Part shown: positions 61,968-64,000 of the stretch, piece by piece
Position numbering within the stretch: position 1 is the first letter of the stretch
Layout: each line of letters opens with the position of its first letter
Program-made: the position numbers and the translations under genes
Assembly (NCBI RefSeq): GCF_009914755.1
Contig: NC_060929.1
Strand: one strand, 5' to 3'
Origin: the human T2T-CHM13v2.0 reference genome, Homo sapiens
Length of the DNA: 64,000 nt
Notes under the pieces: model-generated
What the model was told of the DNA's origin: nothing
Database searches by the model: none
What the model saw: the letters and a program-made list of their open reading frames with translations, nothing else

Positions 61968-62375
61968 TGATATGGTTTGGATATTTGTCCCCTCCAAATC
62001 TCATATTGAAATATGCTCTTCAATGCTGGAGGTGGGGCCTAGTGGGAGGTGTTTTGATTATGGAGGCAGATCCCTCATGAATGGCTTGGGGCAATCCTAG
62101 CCGTAATGAGTGAATTCTCACTCTATGAGTTCATGTGAGATTTGGTTGTTTAGAAGAGTCTGAGACTTCTCCCTTCTCTCTTTTGCTTCCTCTCTCTGTC
62201 CATGTGATGCCTGCCCCAGCTTTGCCTTACACTATGAGTAAAAGTTTCCTAAGGCCTTCACCAGATGCCAGCACCATGCTTCCCATATAGTCTGCAGAAC
62301 AATGAACCAATTAAATCTCTTTTCTTTATAAATTACCCAGCCTCAGAAATAGCAATGCAAAAATGGGCTAACACA
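61968..62375 (+). mobile_element. MSTB (MaLR) solo LTR
   Basis: Runs 'tgatatggtttggatatttgtcccctccaaatctc' to 'ataaattacccagcctcag...gggctaacaca'. Confidence 0.9.
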
Positions 62376-62479
62376 GGAACTTAAAAAATATGAATATCCC
62401 CTCCCCTCTTCCTTCCTTCCCTCTCCCTCTTTCTCTCACTCTACTTTTCTCCTATGCTCTAGTCCACAAGTCATTATGA

Positions 62480-63640
62480 AAAGCAGCCTTAGAGGGTCTG
62501 GAGACTATAAGAGATTGAACAAAAGAGTAAACATACTGATGATACCAGAAGCTGGCTTTCTCACTGTGAGAGAATAAAATTACAAATATGAAATGGAAGA
62601 ATAAACACTGTCATATTCAATTGGAATTATATGGGTGTGAACTCATGGTTTTATATATCTATGTGTATATATATATATCCAGAGATAAATTAAATACAAA
62701 AGTATTGTGTGTAAGAGTATATGTGTGTCTATATTTGTCTATATTTCCAATTCTAGTAACTTGCTAAAACATAAATAAGGAAGTGTTCAGATAATGACTG
62801 TGCCATGTCAAAAGGACAGATGGCAGCTTGAAAGGACTCCCACTGCAATATCTAGAACAATATGGGTTATTAATATAAAAATACTGATAGTAATGGGTAC
62901 TATTGGAATACATCCTATTAAATAAAAGAGAAATATATAAACAGAAATCTAGGAATCCACAGTGAGCACATTAATGTGGAGAAGAGAAATCTCTTATTTA
63001 CAGTAGAATACCAAACATTAAATGTAGAAGGAATAGTGGAATGGGAAAATTATATTTTCAATTATGGTAGTAATAATTCAGTCAACAAAGAACATCAATG
63101 TATGTTAATGGAAAAAAACATTTTTACAGAATCTCAAAAATGTCCTCTCAAAATACTTACAAATACAATGGGGGAAAGAATTACTTTAGAGTAGAATAAC
63201 TTAAGCAGACTATGATCAAGACCTCAATCAAGTGATCAAAGTTAATGTCATCAGGATGATTGTGTGCCACCTGAAGGAATGTAGTGAGAAGTGGTAGTCT
63301 CATTCGGTGCCATTTCTGCCAAAATAGCTCAAATCTAGTTATAAGAAAATAGACAAATCCAACTTGAAGAACATTCTACAAAACAACTGGCATATATTCA
63401 AAAATATTAAAGTTAGTAAGGTCAAGGAAGAACTGTGGAACTCTTCCAGATTTAAGGAAACTGAAGAGATATAAGAACAAATTGCCACATGACACCCTGG
63501 ATTGGATTATTTTGCCAAAAATGGCATTTTGGGACAGTTGAAAAAATGGTATCTCTGGATGAAGGGTATATGAAATTTATTTGTATGTTTCTTGCAATTT
63601 TACTTTGTAAGTTTCAAATTATTTCAAAATAAAAACTATC
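62480..63640 (+). mobile_element. L1MC4/5-like 3'UTR fragment
   Basis: 'cattctacaaaacaactgg...ttccagatttaaggaaactgaagagat...ccctggattggatt...gtaagtttcaaattatttcaaaataaaa'. Confidence 0.75.
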
Positions 63641-63669
63641 AAACAAATAGATGTCTATCACACAATATT

Positions 63670-63757
63670 AAATATTAAATCAGGATCTCTGAGTATGTTT
63701 ACTTTTTTAAAAGATCCTCAAATGACTCTAATGTGCAGCCAGGGTTGAGTACTACTG
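63670..63757. mobile_element. MER5A fragment
   Basis: 'tgactctaatgtgcagccagggttgagtactactg'. Confidence 0.65.
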
Positions 63758-64000
63758 GGCAAAGATGCATCTGTGCAACAGTGTTCATTAAGATCATATT
63801 CTGTAGTAGGGAGAATTATAATTATGGGTCTGTCTCATTTCATTTAGCATGAATTATGACAATAGAATTATGTCTAGCATTTAACCGGTGAGTGAATGCA
63901 AATGCTCTATTCTTTAAGAGTTGTTTGTATAGAGCCATTATAACCAGTTTTGTTGGCTATACATCACACACTCACTTGCAATATTCCACATGGTATATTT

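Overview
AT-rich, repeat-dense primate genomic DNA, most likely human because it contains an Alu with all five AluYa5 diagnostic bases. I find no supportable protein-coding exon or intact RNA gene. The long ORFs in the track are LINE-1 ORF2, Tigger1 transposase, ERV-L pol, Alu or LTR remnants. The window is a layered record of mobile elements: old L1M, L2 and MIR hosts, ERVL/MaLR/ERV1 solo LTRs (several with intact TSDs), a deleted ERV-L provirus, a near full-length Tigger1, a Kanga/Tc2-like element, MER1B, MER5A and six Alus. The most notable observations are: (i) three independent 5'-inverted (twin-primed) L1 insertions, one carrying an AluYa5; (ii) a 31-nt tRNA-Lys(CTT) 5'-half ending in the anticodon, fused to an L1 5' truncation point; (iii) a 22-bp hairpin of pre-miRNA size at 48419-48475; (iv) several templated-insertion, micro-inversion and tandem-duplication scars. 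I see no evidence of a new multi-gene system. Subfamily names come from recalled consensus sequences and need Dfam/RepeatMasker confirmation, and boundaries of the old elements are approximate.
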